DNA from: Trichoplax sp. H2
Taxonomy: Eukaryota
Assembly (NCBI GenBank): GCA_003344405.1
Contig: NOWV01000023.1
Span: 1 to 64,000 of the forward strand
Direction of reading: 5' to 3'
DNA: 64,000 bases
Shown here: one piece after another, positions 11,940-27,050 of the stretch
Position numbering within the stretch: position 1 is the first letter of the stretch
Layout: each line of letters begins with the position of its first letter
Made by a program: the position numbers and the translations under genes
Notes under the pieces: generated by a model
Told to the model about the DNA's origin: nothing
What the model saw: the letters and a program-made list of their open reading frames with translations, nothing else
Databases searched by the model: none

Positions 11940-14900
11940 GAGATTAATACCTGAAATTATGCTTCGATAAAAAGTAAAATTATACCAAGTAAAAATATAG
12001 AATAATTAATATTGCTGGGCAATGAAGAGATGCTCTAATATTAAAGCGAAAGGATTATCGATCTGACTATTGGTTGATTCAATGACTTATAGCTATTCAT
12101 AATATTGAGTATAACGCTAAATCAAGATAATCTTATCTACTAAATTTTACGCTAAAATTCGGCCTAAAAAATATTTATTTTGTGGGGAATCAATAATCAG
12201 ACAAAAATCATATGCAACCAAGCACAATTCTATACCCTGCAAATTCAGGACGAAACTGACTAATACCACTTAATGCTCTTTAACTTTCAAAAAGAATATA
12301 AGTCTGTAGGGACATACTTGCACTGCATTTGGAGAAATACAATTTAAATTACTCCAGTCAATTTATAGACCGAACATAATAAATTTAAGCTATTCTATAA
12401 TCATGTAAACCACGCATACTGAACCTGATCTAGCAATATAAAATCAAAAAATTAAAATTTACAAATCACTTCTAATCATTATTAGTCACACAAATAACAA
12501 AATTCTAAAATACCCGTATCTTGGAATCTTATCAATGGAAATTTTACAGAATAGCTGGTTCCATAAATGTACTTTTATGTACAGCAGAGTGCTTGAAGAA
12601 ATAATTCCTCCAAATTTTTATCTCAATCCCTCTTTTATAAACATTTTTTGGTATAATTTTAATAATGCTATATTTTAACCCATTAATATCTATATGGCAG
12701 CTATAATTCTGAATTATGCCTTTAGATAAAAAATTTAGATTGCATTTTAATTTTCTAATGTAACTTCACATGTCGCATTGGCAATCACGACTAATTTATG
12801 TAATTTTAAACCTTCTAACCGTATATATAGGCCTCGGGATAATGAATTACCATATAATCATAGCGCCTTTGTACTCCCTTCACTTTTAATCGTTTAATAG
12901 CATTGTTATCTATATATTTTAATATGCCAGTCTCTTTCATAATCTAGCTATATGATTCTAACTTCATATTTTCTGAAAATTGATACGAAATTACTTTAAG
13001 CTAATTGATTAACCATGTCTTCATATTTCCTTATAAGAGTTATAATAGTGCACATAGTTTCTCGTTTCACCGTTTTTCCCTTCCTACATGAAGTAATTCA
13101 AGGCATAAGCTAAAAATTTTATTCTCAAAAACTCATGCATAAAATTTGTATTATTTTCAAGTTCTCAAAGCTATATAATTCTAAGTATAATGCAAGGTTT
13201 ATCCAAAGCCAATTTGCTAAGCTTGATACTAGACAGAAAGCTATTAGTCATAAAGATAAAGTATCATCTTAGCTCTAAAATAATCTATCCATTTATTGCT
13301 ACGATAAAAACATTTATCATAAATCCGAATTGTGTATTTTACTTTGTGTTAGCCATGACAACTTCATATCACAATACATGGACGACCACTTTTACACAGT
13401 AAATCAATAGCAAAGGTTGAATACAACCTGAATCCCATTAAAGAGTATTTGTATAATTTCAGCATTTTAACACCAGTCACGAAATTGTGATAATCAGTCT
13501 GGATCTTCGATATTTCTTTTATTCCATTCATATAAAGCACAGATTAATAATGCTGAAATAGCCTTAATATAATCAAACTAATAGATTGTAGGGGGTATGA
13601 ATATGATTTCTAAACTAAAACAACAATAGAATACAGAGATAAAACCCTGAAAAGAAATTGTGTAATATTAGCAATAAGATGATATTCTCTATTTTTAAGC
13701 ACTATGTTACTGCTTTAATTCAAAATTAATTGTATTTCAGTGCAATTAGACTATTTTAATATATTATTTGATTTTTAGCTATAAATATTGCTATTTTAAA
13801 TTAAACTACTGCTACGTCCATAAAAGTAATTTTATAATTTGAGAGTAAATCGCGAAACCATCAAGTACACATATAATATATGATCCATTACATGCAGTGC
13901 GCTAAAATGAAATTTTGAAATCGATTGAGATATTATGTAGGGTGTACCGTTACAAAAAGAATGGAATGATCACCTTAAATACTTACTTAAGCTGTCTTTA
14001 TATCCTAATTTTTAGATTTGCTGTAACAATGGTAAATAACAGTTAAACTAGTAACAGCTGGGCTTAATTCCCACGTAACCTGAAATAAACACAGGATTTT
14101 ACTATTCACAAAGAACCATACGCAAATTTACCGAGCTATGTTGATCAATGTATCATAACTATCCTATTTTGCGCTAAATCAAGCTTTAAATGGGTACCAA
14201 AAATTATTAGACTATTTTGATCTATTGGTAACTTGCAATAAATACACAATTTACGGTATTAATATTTTGCACTAGATTTACTGCTTATTATCTAATTTTA
14301 GCAAAGAAATGATTCCTAATTAGCTGAAAGATGAAGTTAATCTAATCCACAAATCTTATACACTGATATCGAAGAAACTTCTCAGCTATCAGATTTCGTC
14401 TTTAATCTAAAGAATTTTGTTACCACATTATTCAATTCAATACTGCAGTGGAAATTTAATTTATGACAAATAATATCGTAATTATGCATTAGTAATCCTA
14501 TAAGTAAAGAATGATTGTAAAAGTCGGATACAGCTGCCGGTAAAATTGTGATTAGTTAAAGATTAAAGTAGAAGATCGATAATTGCTATTTTTATTCACC
14601 CATCAAAATAGGCTTCAAAACTTTTACAAAATAATTATTGCCTAATTTTAAATATTGATCATAGCAGTTTCATCTGATTACGGAACAACATGAACTAATA
14701 CCTTTTTGTAAGTGTGTATGCAAATTCGAAAGCTAATTATTATTCTGTGATGTCTAATTTAATGCCTTAATCCAATGTTATTGAAATATATTATGGGGTC
14801 AAGTTATTCATAAGTCAATCTCACACTTTACCTAACGTTCATTACTAATAATAAATATCATACATTCTTGTCACATACTTCGGTCATTTTAGACTAAGTT

Positions 14901-17900
14901 CATGCTGTATCCATTTGAAGTGATTTTATTCGTTATTTACCTAAAGTGCATAGAGATTATTTATTGGTTCCTATCATGAAGTATGAATTTAAAACCCTGA
15001 AATAACAGCTGCTGATTCTGATATGAGTAAATATAAAGAGTAAATGACCTTATAGTAAATATCAACTAGTTCCTATCTTTAATTCTATTTGGTTGTTTAG
15101 TGAACTCTAATACCTAATTTTAGAACTCTGACGACTACCGCTCATTACTTTCCCTTTACATAAATGATTATGTTCGAGTAAAATAGGATTCTAATTAATC
15201 AAGGGCTATTCCATACAAATACGATCTTGCACTGTATGCAATTAATGACCTATCCCCGACTAGGTATTTTATCAATCGAACAGTAGTCAGCCAAGTAAGA
15301 ATATACACAAGTAAAATACTGTAAATAAGAATAATTTCAATATAAAGACCGAGCCATACACAATAGGAAGACATTAACTTATCGCCATCAATAGTACCTT
15401 GTTACCAAAATTTGTTTGTTAGAGTTAATTAAGATACTGTTATGTAACGAAAGCTAATTTTTACAATTCTCCTTCAATATTTTAAAGATTTTTGTATTGT
15501 AATAAGTACACTAGCTTTAAAAAATAACTAATTTGGTTGGATGACAGTAGATACTACTTAGTATCTTAGTACAGTACATTAAGAATTCGATTACATTATT
15601 CGAGTCAAAATTTAGCAATATCCGGTAGCATAATTTTGTTATGAATTATAAAATGTAAGATTGTAATTTAAGCGATATACGTATTAGTGAGTGTAACAGT
15701 TGTGCTTCAGTTATGATATAACTGATAGCTAACTTTGATCATAAAATACAGTAGAAGTTAGATTACTTTGCCCATTGATTACAACGTAACCCCGAACATT
15801 TTGATCTAAGTTCTAATTTAAGATCGCTGGTCTGTCTTAATGTATTTCATAGTTATATGCGTATGCTACATACGGTGGAAAGATACAATTGGTATAAATT
15901 TAGTAATTTCGGGAATCTAGGGTAAAATTTATGTTGTCATATGCGATTAATTGTCAGTTTAATTTAGACTACTTAAGACTAATGAATTGATAGTCTGACA
16001 TCATTAACTTTTCTGCATAGAATATATGAGGTAGCATGGTTCAGTAGTTGAGTAGTTAAAATTAGTAATATCAGAAGTTATAGATTAGAATTTTCCTAAA
16101 AGTCGTGAATAGTCTTATTCCTTTGATAGTTTGGTTGGTCAAGGTAGTAATTCTTTTAAGCAATTTTATATGATTGTTGTTAAAAGTTATGATAAACTGT
16201 TTTTTTCTACTTAATTTAACTTAAGTTGGAATTCAAAGTTAGTAGTATTAATAATTTCTATGTCTACTATGACTGTTAATTAAAGAATACTTCTGATATT
16301 AGTATTTATTATTTATAGATGGTGATTGTGGCAGCTCCTTCACGCATGACCTAAGTTTGGAAAGTAAAGTCTAGACTTAGAAATTATGGCTATAGCAAAA
16401 AGTACCATAATTTTCTACCGGTAAATAGCTAACTAATTTCATCACTTTAACATAAATCAAAGAATTTTAGTAGCAATGACGTTAAAAGTCTACCCGTAAT
16501 AAAATAAATATTTCTCTGTTAATTGATTTCGCCTAGTTTATTCAAAATTACGGCGTAGATAATAAATTACACGATAACAGATAACATTACAATATCTAGA
16601 TTTCGAAATCAATACCGCTACTTTTTTGTCAAACTATTTCAACATCGAGGCAAGATTATACTCTAATAATATGCTATTTAGCGGTAAACGCAACGTACTG
16701 AAGTTTGCTGCATCGATGTGCTCTCCCAAACTACATGTATACGGGTATGTTTAGCAGCTAACTAAACTAAAGATTGAAGAATGACATTTCCAAATTTTAA
16801 TCACGATCATATCAGTAATGATCATGCACCTGTAGTAGTTTCAGCTAATTACAGCAGTAATTGAAGTACGGCAGCATTAAGAAGTAGGATAGTCTACTAT
16901 GCTTATAAGGTAATTTAATGATTGCTGATGATGAAATGGTATACTTATACCATTCGTACTATGTGCGTGTAATGACCTTATGTAACGTTAGAGATTTGCG
17001 CAATTTTAATAACCCAGATTTTGAGTAAGACGATTGTGGACCTAGGGAGTTGTAAAACCTAGGCACTACAGCACCACAACCAAAATAAATTCAAGTCTAA
17101 GCAGCGCTAAGCTACTAAATCGATCTTGTCAACACTAAATGCTTAGTTTTATCCGAATATACAGTGTTTGATACCATATATCTGTCTTATTGTTGCACCA
17201 TTTTACATTAGCTTATCTAATCCAGACCTTCAGTGCCTTTAATTAAACTTTCGAAATCAGTTGTTTTGATGAACAGAAATATAGATCCGACCACGATTCA
17301 TAATGTCTTAACTAAGAAAAATGTAATATCTTTTATCATTCACACTAAACATTAAACATCGTTCACTCTAACTTCAGGATTATATATAGTTCAGTCGCCG
17401 CATATCTATAACAGTTAATTTAATGAGGCTCTAAAACACACTCTCTATAGTGAAAAAGGACAATAACTACTATTACTGATTAAGCGGTTCTTGATCATTG
17501 TAACTTTAGTAATTTATTAACAGAATCGCTGTAACTGCAATTACTCCTAATATTATTACTGATTATATATGATAATTTCATGAGTTATGTGTTCAATATA
17601 ATGTATTATCATTGTGTAAGACTGCGATAGAAGTTATCAAAGTATTGAAAAGCAAATGCAAACTTCAAAATGATTTTGGAAGTTGGATGCTTTAACTGTA
17701 CCTATCAGATACTGTACTATCATATATGAAGATTTTAGCTAATAGTAGTAGCTTTACTAAGGTAAAATATGTATTAACCAGAATAGGATTGAAATTTATT
17801 TTACCTATTTTATTACATTATTTTATTTAAGAATTAAATTTTTTATGTTAATGAAACGATACTGGTATAAGCATTTAACTTAATGACTATGAGAGAGGTG

Positions 17901-20900
17901 CTTTCATAAATATTAAAAAGGTGATAATAACTATTATGAATCTTTCCTGCAGTACATAGTCAGAATGAATGAATGAATTAATACCGGTGCCTATTATCCG
18001 CTACATGGTTAGCTTCTTTAGCTTGGAAGAACCTACAGTCTTTGTATTGCTTACTAATACTAACATAATTTATTTTCACCGCAAATAATCGCTAAGTTTG
18101 CCCATGCTAAGAGTTGCCAGAGTGCATTTAGTTACGTTTAGCATTACATTAAAATGTTTGATTGCTATTGAATCTATGCTCGCTATTAATTAATAACATG
18201 ATTTTTGTTACAGATATACCAACCGTAATGACGAGAAATTAATAAAAGCAGTAGAATTTACATTAACCAAGAAATAATTGTAATTTCCAAATTCTAATTT
18301 ATAAATATATTATATAAAACACCCATTTCAGCGCTATTCATTAATCAGAGCATCAGTTACTTGATTAGTTAATTTCATTGGCTATCCGAAAGCATGATAC
18401 CTTCTCCTTAGAATTGTGAGAATCTTTACGGGTCTAAAATAAATTGTAAGTCAGAAAGCTGCATTCAAATTACTTTAAAGGACATTTCTAAGTTGACATA
18501 TTAGTCAGATTGGATAAAAATTGTTAGGATGAGCCTTGTTCTAGATTTGAACATCAAAGATCTAATTTGAATTACTTTATTTCGTTATAACAGAATACTT
18601 ACAGCTGAATAACGTAATGAAAGAATCGTGCATTTGTATCATGTATGATAAAACCTGAAATGTTAACGGAGAAAATAATGCCAATGAGTTCAAAATGTAA
18701 TTAAATTAAATAGTGTACATTAAATATCGGTTTAGAATTGAAATTAACTCTTACTGCAATAAAAAATTCATTAAAATGGCAGAATGTGTATTATTGTAAA
18801 AAACAGCCAATTTCATTAATATTTGATTATAATTATTCATTTTACATTAAAAGAAAGCAGCTTAACTACTTACAGATAAACAAGCTAACTAATTTTATCG
18901 CAAAGCGATGTATTCTGCAGACCTTTTCAATTAACTTTAAACGTAGAAATATTTCATAAATAGATTTTTTACATCCGTCTAGTGCGGGTAGTTAGGCTAC
19001 GGTCATAGTCTTTACACTATATCCATTGTTAACAGTCAGACAAGAAATGTGATCGTAGCTGTCTAGCACAAACTTTTTCAATATGAATTTAGCGTATAAA
19101 AGGTTTTTACTTGGCGTACTAGAAAAAGCATAACGGCCAGTACAACCCTATATAATGACAAGAAAATATGCCATCAGTAATAGACTTTAACTATCAACTT
19201 ATTTCAAATAATAAACCGGATCCTTCATGTCTGCTACTTTCAGAATATGATGACTAACTTACTAGCCTTATTACCGGTGTATTATAATCACTATACTAAA
19301 AGCAAAATTTTTGAAAGGCCAAGATTTAGTGATTTATAATGTCGGCAATGTTAAACGACAAGTTAATTTTAGATTTTATTTTAATAACAATTACACTGTA
19401 AAAAGTCTCATAAAATCTTTACGACAACTCCCTAACTCATCAAATGCTGTTATTACGTTAATTCATAATCTATGTCAATTCAGGAATAAGAAAAGTTTGA
19501 ATAGATATCGAAGTTTTTTCTGGCTATAGAGAGTGCTAGCATCATTGAGCATAGATATAGATTAGTGGATGAATTTATATCGTCCCAATAATACTACACG
19601 AAGAGAAATGAACTTACGCTTGATGATCTGCTAAAATAATTAAATAGGCATGATGTAATTAAAACTCTAGCAATAAGATATATCCGCAACTGAGAAATTA
19701 CGAAATCTTAAGATTATAATCATTCGTTGAAATACTTTTATTTTTTAAACCCATATATACTTTAATATTACTTAATATAGAATATATGAATAAGATAACT
19801 GTAATTTGCTCCGCTTAATTATAACATCTTGCTAACACTAATAGTTTGATGTAGAAGGATGAAATTAATAACTTTTTTACCTATTATCATTGCGAAACTT
19901 TGTGACTCGATTTAATATCTGAAGTGATATTTGCCAATAAAAGCAAAGAATATTACACGTATCTAGGGAAAGCAGTCCGATATTTTAACGCAAGCTATTT
20001 TTTTATATACAATCGAAGCTTTCCCTCAAGATAGACCATTACTATTTACTGATCTAAAACTAATTAGTACTTCTCTTAATTCGGATTCATTCTCGAACTT
20101 AGTTGTTAGAGTACACTCAAGTTTCTTTTCCTACTTACATATCTAGAAAATCAATAAAACTCCAAGCGCAACTGTAAATAATTTGCTAAACAGTAAGCAG
20201 TTGCTCTATGAATTTTGTACTATTCCAAAGTGTGATTCGCATATTTATTGACAGCCGTTGAAACAAAACGATATTGCTTCAAAGTCTCAATACTTCCGAT
20301 ATAGGGTGATAATAAATCTTAAAGAAATAATATCCCACATAAGTAATACTACGAAGGAGGAAGTAATAATAAATTTGCTTAACTATTTAGTTACAGCAAG
20401 ATGATTCACACTGATTAGATATAAATTTATTTACTTTCTTCTTTTACGTCATGAAATTAAAATCATTCATAGTAGCTTAACGATTAAGGTTTACAAATAA
20501 TAACAATTGGCTCCATTAGGATCATCGTGACCTTAACACGGTTCATTAATTGTAATTATAATAGGACAAGATCTTCGTTTGGAAGATAGCTGGTGCCTTA
20601 AGAACAATTACGTCAGATGCAACAAAACACTCCTTGTAGCAACATTTCCAAATTGCCTCTGATACTTGCTTATTATTACAATTTGGAAACACGTACACAA
20701 AACACCTTAAACAATACAATACTGGCAATTCAATCTAAAAATTTTGATCTTATTATTTATTTTAATGGCCTAATTAAGAAAATTATTCACGTGATATTTG
20801 CATATTCAGGCGATTATTCTTGTCCATTTTGATAATTGAAGCTGAAATAAATCAATTTCTGAAGAGTTTAGACCGATGTAATATAACACCACGACATTTA

Positions 20901-21117
20901 GTGACCGTTTAAATTCACATTTAAAGCATTTTCAATTATAAATTAATGAAGCCAGTAGGAATAAAGATTTAATACTTGCTATCGGAGAGTAAAGAACAAA
21001 ATCGTTTCACAAAATGCTAAGATTTTAACTATCAGGCTTTATTTTACTTGGTACAAGATATCGATAAGATAATTAGATTAAGTTAGCGAGGTCAGGAACT
21101 GGTTATATTGCAATCTA

Positions 21118-22179
21118 ATGTCTATAATGGAACAAAACAGCAACGGTAGCATTAAAGCATACCAAAATAATCTAATTCAGTCCAATCATACCAACGAGAC
21201 AGCAGCATATTTCGTCAACTTGGTCGCAACTATTACGTATTTAGCAATAATTATCATCATTGGTATCATCTATAATGTTATCAATTTAAGTACGATTTAT
21301 AAAACTGTGATATTACATAATTATAGTAACGTATTAATTGCTAATTTAGCTATAGTTGATCTAATGACAATAACTATCGTCTTGCCTATGGCAATTTCTA
21401 TCACTATTTTGAAGACCGAAGTCCCATCTTGGATTTGTCAAGCGTTTGGATTTCTGTCTCAGTTTCTAGATTCAGTTTCAATTTGTAATAATGCAGCTAT
21501 TAGTATCGATCGTTTTATTGCCGTAACATTGCCATACTACTACCAAAAACATATGACATTTACGATATTAAAATGCGAAATTGTTATACTATGGTTGATA
21601 CCTATACAAATCGGCATCTTACCACTGATAAAAATGAAAAATTTTCAATTAGGCCAATTCGAATACATTTATCGATCTACTCAATGCTGGATTAACTTTC
21701 GTCAAAGCTATAATACAATTATAGCCTTAATTATTCTTATTTCAATGACATTAATGTTAACCATTATTATTACTTGTTATATATTTATTTTTGTAGTTGC
21801 TTATGGTAAAAATATTAAAAATCCACCAAATATTCGAAATCTTAAGAAATCAATTAGGACAACTATATTGATTGTTGGTGCCAATATTGTCTGCTGGATA
21901 CCGATCTTAATTACGTGTTGGTTCTCATTCCTTCGCCCTCAAATAGATTATCCGGACAATATTGATAAAATGAGCTCAATGCTATGTTATACTCATGCCG
22001 CTTTTAATCCTGTGATATACTGTACAACAAATCACATTTTGCGCAATAAATTAAAACGGATCGCCAATAAACGCACAGCAATATTTCCGGCGGTTCCTCT
22101 TCGTATAACTCCAGCTTCATCTCGTCATATTGAGCGTGACTTAATTTTTCAAAATTCAATTGTTCTAATTGATACTTAA
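21118..22179 (+). CDS. Intronless class A orphan GPCR, paralogue 3, 353 aa
   Basis: NLAIVDL, AISIDRF, QCWINF, KKSIRTTILIVGAN, CWIP and NPVIY motifs. Same family as the neighbours. Confidence 0.95.
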   Translation: MSIMEQNSNGSIKAYQNNLIQSNHTNETAAYFVNLVATITYLAIIIIIGIIYNVINLSTIYKTVILHNYSNVLIANLAIVDLMTITIVLPMAISITILKTEVPSWICQAFGFLSQFLDSVSICNNAAISIDRFIAVTLPYYYQKHMTFTILKCEIVILWLIPIQIGILPLIKMKNFQLGQFEYIYRSTQCWINFRQSYNTIIALIILISMTLMLTIIITCYIFIFVVAYGKNIKNPPNIRNLKKSIRTTILIVGANIVCWIPILITCWFSFLRPQIDYPDNIDKMSSMLCYTHAAFNPVIYCTTNHILRNKLKRIANKRTAIFPAVPLRITPASSRHIERDLIFQNSIVLIDT

Positions 22180-25100
22180 TTCTACTGATGATAATAACCC
22201 AACTCTTGGAAATTATTTTAAAAGGCTATGATCGATAAGAATAATGACTTTTATAAGTTATCCATAGGGGTCTTGTAGATCATTTCACAGCAATTTCGAG
22301 ACAATATAATCACTGTAACCTTTGAATACAAGACCAAGATATCACATCCATAAGATCTTGTAAGAAACTCTTTAAATAAATGAATTGAGAAGTACTGTAG
22401 CTTTTATTATTATCGACTTCGATCAAGATTCTATGATTCCATTTTGGTACAGCTTCCCATAAAGATTGAGCAATACAGAAAAAATAGTTCAGACAAACAG
22501 ATAGGAAAACTTGGCTACCAGTTTCGTAATAATGACATCAATTTAAATTTTAACTATTTACGCTTATTTTCTAAACGTGATGGAGTAGTTTACGATATGT
22601 TAAAGTAGTTTTTTTGTATATCTAGAACAGCAGAAACAGTTTTATTCTATTTTTTTTAAATTCGCGGTTGCGATAAGGTAAAAATCATCAAATATATCAG
22701 TTTTTTAAAGAATAACGCGAGAAACATTCTTTCTTATATCTTTACGCATAATGTTTGTGTTGATTTTGATTTAACCAATGCTATGAAGTAAAAAACACGA
22801 TCTTATAATGATAACAGTAATTTACTATATGAACAATCACTGATTTTAAATAACTCGACTTTCTTTCTATCTTTTATTAATCCTTATATGATTTAATTCA
22901 ATAACTACGTAGCTCGTGAAGTAATAAAAGACATTCGTTTTTCTTAAGATTTTTATGAAAGCTAAAAAAATGTAAAGTAATCAAACTATTCTCACTAACT
23001 TGAACTAAAATTTTTAGCTAGTCTCTTCAACAAGAGCTAATAAACGATATAGTAAGAGGTGTACTGTAAGCTATCCCCACTAGGTATTAAAGGATGCAAT
23101 ATCTTAAATATAACATTAAATTTCTGAATCTAATGTATAATGTATTATAATATGCTCATCTGTCTTTCCATTATTTCAATATTATTTACATTAGGAAGCT
23201 GCTTAACTATTGTGTTTACATACTTGACTAATGAATTTCAATAAAACGAAAGCTATTACTTCACAACTTGTTAGTCTTTTCGAGATAATATTTCTGTTCA
23301 ATATGTGAGTAAATATCTCCTCTAGGATATAAAAGTACAACCTGTAATAATTAAAATGAGAGAAAAAATTCGATTGAAGTCAATTCACATTATTAGACAA
23401 TGTACGCGTATAAGAACATATAATACTACATGCAGATATCAGTCACGTCCAGCTAAGCTTTATTATTATAAATATAGTAAAATTACACGTTATATACAAC
23501 TAATATAAAATTTATTTCTTATTAATACTTGTAGTGTTTTAGTTAATAATTTTCATTCAATTAGTAATTAACTCGAATCACATTATTTTTAAATGTTCTA
23601 ATATTGTTATAAGTTTACCTAAAAATAAATGATATATAATGTATTCGATAGTGCAAACTATCTCTAATTTTGCTACTTTGCAGTAACCTATGCAGTATTC
23701 GTTAATACTATAGTTTATAATTATGAGATCCATATTATTGAACATCTATAGCCTGATTAAATATTTAAAATATATTTCCGATGCAGCGTTCGTTCTCATG
23801 TATCACGTTTTATTAATATTGATGAGAGATAAGTAACCTGCATAGCACTGTCTCTTAACGTGCTCATTTACGTATGCATATTTTTGTGTCTATATAACAT
23901 GATATACACGGATCAGTCTACGAATATAACTTCGTTAACTCTTCTAGTAATATTTGACCATATATTCCCTCACGTATGCAAGCAAAATCGTGGCGCTACT
24001 TAATTTCGATTCGACAAGATGTAAGGTTCAATAATACAAGATCAATAAACTATAAGCATAAGAAAATCTTAAATGCAGGCATACAGTATATGCAATTTAC
24101 AGCCTCAGTAGAAGCAAGATACGTGAATTAAACTATTACAAGATATTGATACATACTTATCAGTTTCGCTTAAATTCATTTATGGAGCTAAAAAAGTGTA
24201 TACGTTACCGCCAGTGTATACTAAATACTGGTGTTCACACTAGGCTAAACAGGTTTACATAATTATCGTATACATACATAACATACCCATTGACTTCATT
24301 ACAATCTGAAACACGGTATGTATCAATTAAATCTCTCGAATGATAAGATATCAAATATCTTCGATTTCATTTTTACCAATAATTTAGTCATCATATGACA
24401 CTCACATTATCGATATAGTCAAGTATTGATATTACTGCCCATTCCTTTTAAAGCTATACGTAGATTCGTACTTTTTATATGCTATATCAACAATAAGAAA
24501 ATAAACGAAGTTGAAATGGACTTTTTATTCGTTCTTGTACGATAGCAATAGTATACCATAACTCTTGTATGCAGTGTAGTATCGAAAAGGTTCACGTTAA
24601 ATTAAATTACTATAAACTGAGTGTCCAGTAAACTAGAATCCAGTTAACTTAGCCAAACTCTCATTTGTATTATCTCAACAATATTATGGATATGAATTCT
24701 ATCGATCAAAACTGCCTACTCAGACTATCCCGTACACATACCCATAGAGTGTTGTTATATATTATCGTGCACACATTTCAACAATTTCATGCAGTGCTGG
24801 TAAAAATTCGATCTCTATTACGATATTTATTTTAGTGGTAATTATAATAAAATGGGGATATAGATATATCCATTCGATCTTTTCCATTAAAAACAGTCAA
24901 TATCTGAATAATGCAATAAAACATACAATATCAACTTCCGTAATGACAATGTAATTTTTTATGATTCGTTTATTTTATGTATAGCTACTAAATATGCATA
25001 TGCGAGTGTATTATGTCTCTTCGTACTCACTTCCTAATAGCATATTCAAATTAGCCTATAATAAATTAATACTTCTTGTTCGATGGAAGCGTCAGCCATA

Positions 25101-27050
25101 AATATGCGTATTTATTAAGGAATCATTTAAAATTTGGATTAGCTTCGATCCTTATACCGTATTCTTCAAATTCTCGCCGTAAGACAAAGATAAAAGACTA
25201 CTTTGTTGACCGAAAGTAGTAGAAACTGCGAATTAACTTAGAAATCAAGAATGTTCTATTATTACCAATTCATAAAATTACTGTCATTTGGTATTGTACG
25301 TGAAGAAAATACAAAAGCAACATTTAGAGATATAAGCATTATCATCACCGACTTACCTGAACGTAAAATTTTTCAATTTAGTCTTTACAGCAAACTCAAA
25401 TATAAGACGACTCCAGTTTCTTTCCGTAGAAGTTAACTGTCATGATCACTTAGGAACGTTAATAGATTTTAGGTTGGTGTCATAACTCGCACAACGTATT
25501 TGTTAGAAGATGAATTAATTAAATTTATTATACAAAATTTCTTATCCATCCTTTTTTTAATATTCGAGCTCCAAGAATATTCGCTTATAACAAATGAGTC
25601 ATAAAAGGTGTCCAAAAATTCTTCAATATCTAATGTTTTAAATCAAATTCGTCACTTTATTACAATACAGGCAAGAGTAGATCTGGCACGATTGCCAGCA
25701 TTCGTGAATAATGGTTTTAATTCATCAACGAAAAAATCTTCCAAAAATACCAGTAGCAATTGAGTCGCTTGGTATATGGAGAATAACAAATTATTACATT
25801 TAGGGGACTAATGGGGTAGTGCATTACAAATAGATCAGAACTATAAGTCATTACGAGATCAACAAATATTTTAAATGCCAATAACTTATTGCAATACTAG
25901 TCTATTAGTCTATTTCTGTTTAAAAACAACATTCTCGTTAACAACAGTAAAAAGTATTGGATTATATCATTTCTTAATTGATAATGTCTATGGCAATTAT
26001 TCGTCGAAAAAATTATAAAAAAAAGTTTTCATGCGCTTATTAATTGAATGTTACAAATTATTTATTAGAACTATTGAAACCTTATTTATACGCCTTGAGA
26101 AAATTTATAACTGCAAAAACATCGATGTTCAGTACTCTATAATTTTCATAAACAATTCTAACCCTACTGTCATTAGTTAGTTTTTAAAATGTAATTTACC
26201 TTTCTTTGTAAGTAAATACACTAAAAAACACTGAGATAAGTAATGAAAATAGTCCTACAATATGATTTTCTACACGGCATGCACCTTAATTGATATGATA
26301 AAGTCGATCTTTATATTTGAGTGATTATGATGCTTCAGTATTTAAACTCACTCCCCAATAGATCTTGTACTATAAGCATTGAAATCAATTTAAATATTAT
26401 TATCATTTAAGATTCTAGAGCTGTTACTGCACTTGTAGATTATTGGCTAGTAAGCAAAGCTTTAGGAATGCTAGGGACATCATCAAAACTGATGGATTGT
26501 AACGCTACTATTGCGCAAACTGATATCACCAAGATCAGATGGTTTTATAGGCATATTCTATTGCCGTCATTTTTAAATGCATAATAGTCTCCTGCAAGAA
26601 TGTAAGTATTAAGCCCTATCTATCCTCCTATCTACAGAAATGGAATTCTATGGGTCAGGTAGCTGCAGAAGAAAGACGGAATATTCTACATTAATAACAG
26701 TTTTAACGATGAAATCAGCAAATAAGTTCCATCAGAGATTAATAATGTGACAAATATGGGAATATTTTAATCTCGTTGAGAAATAAGCAATAAAGATCTT
26801 ATTCTATTATTGATTTATTAATGAACGAATTGAAATAATACGAAATTGAGAACAGGAACTGTATTAACAATATTATCCAGTATTCGTAACTTGGTAGATT
26901 TTAAGACGATTGGTGTGAGTTTCATTTTAGGACATTTATTTCCATTACTTCATATACAAAGATTGATGTCTAGATTTTCTTAATATTTTAAGTACTTGTA
27001 GCGATTTCAGCCAAATTACTGTAATAATATGAAGGACAGTAATTGTCGCC

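Noticed and set aside
12000..21000. A hidden gene or RNA gene in the long spacers (also 22200-27000 and 53000-57800)
   Set aside because: I found no convincing ORF, exon chain, tRNA or rRNA by eye. Small exons cannot be excluded without RNA-seq or homology searches.
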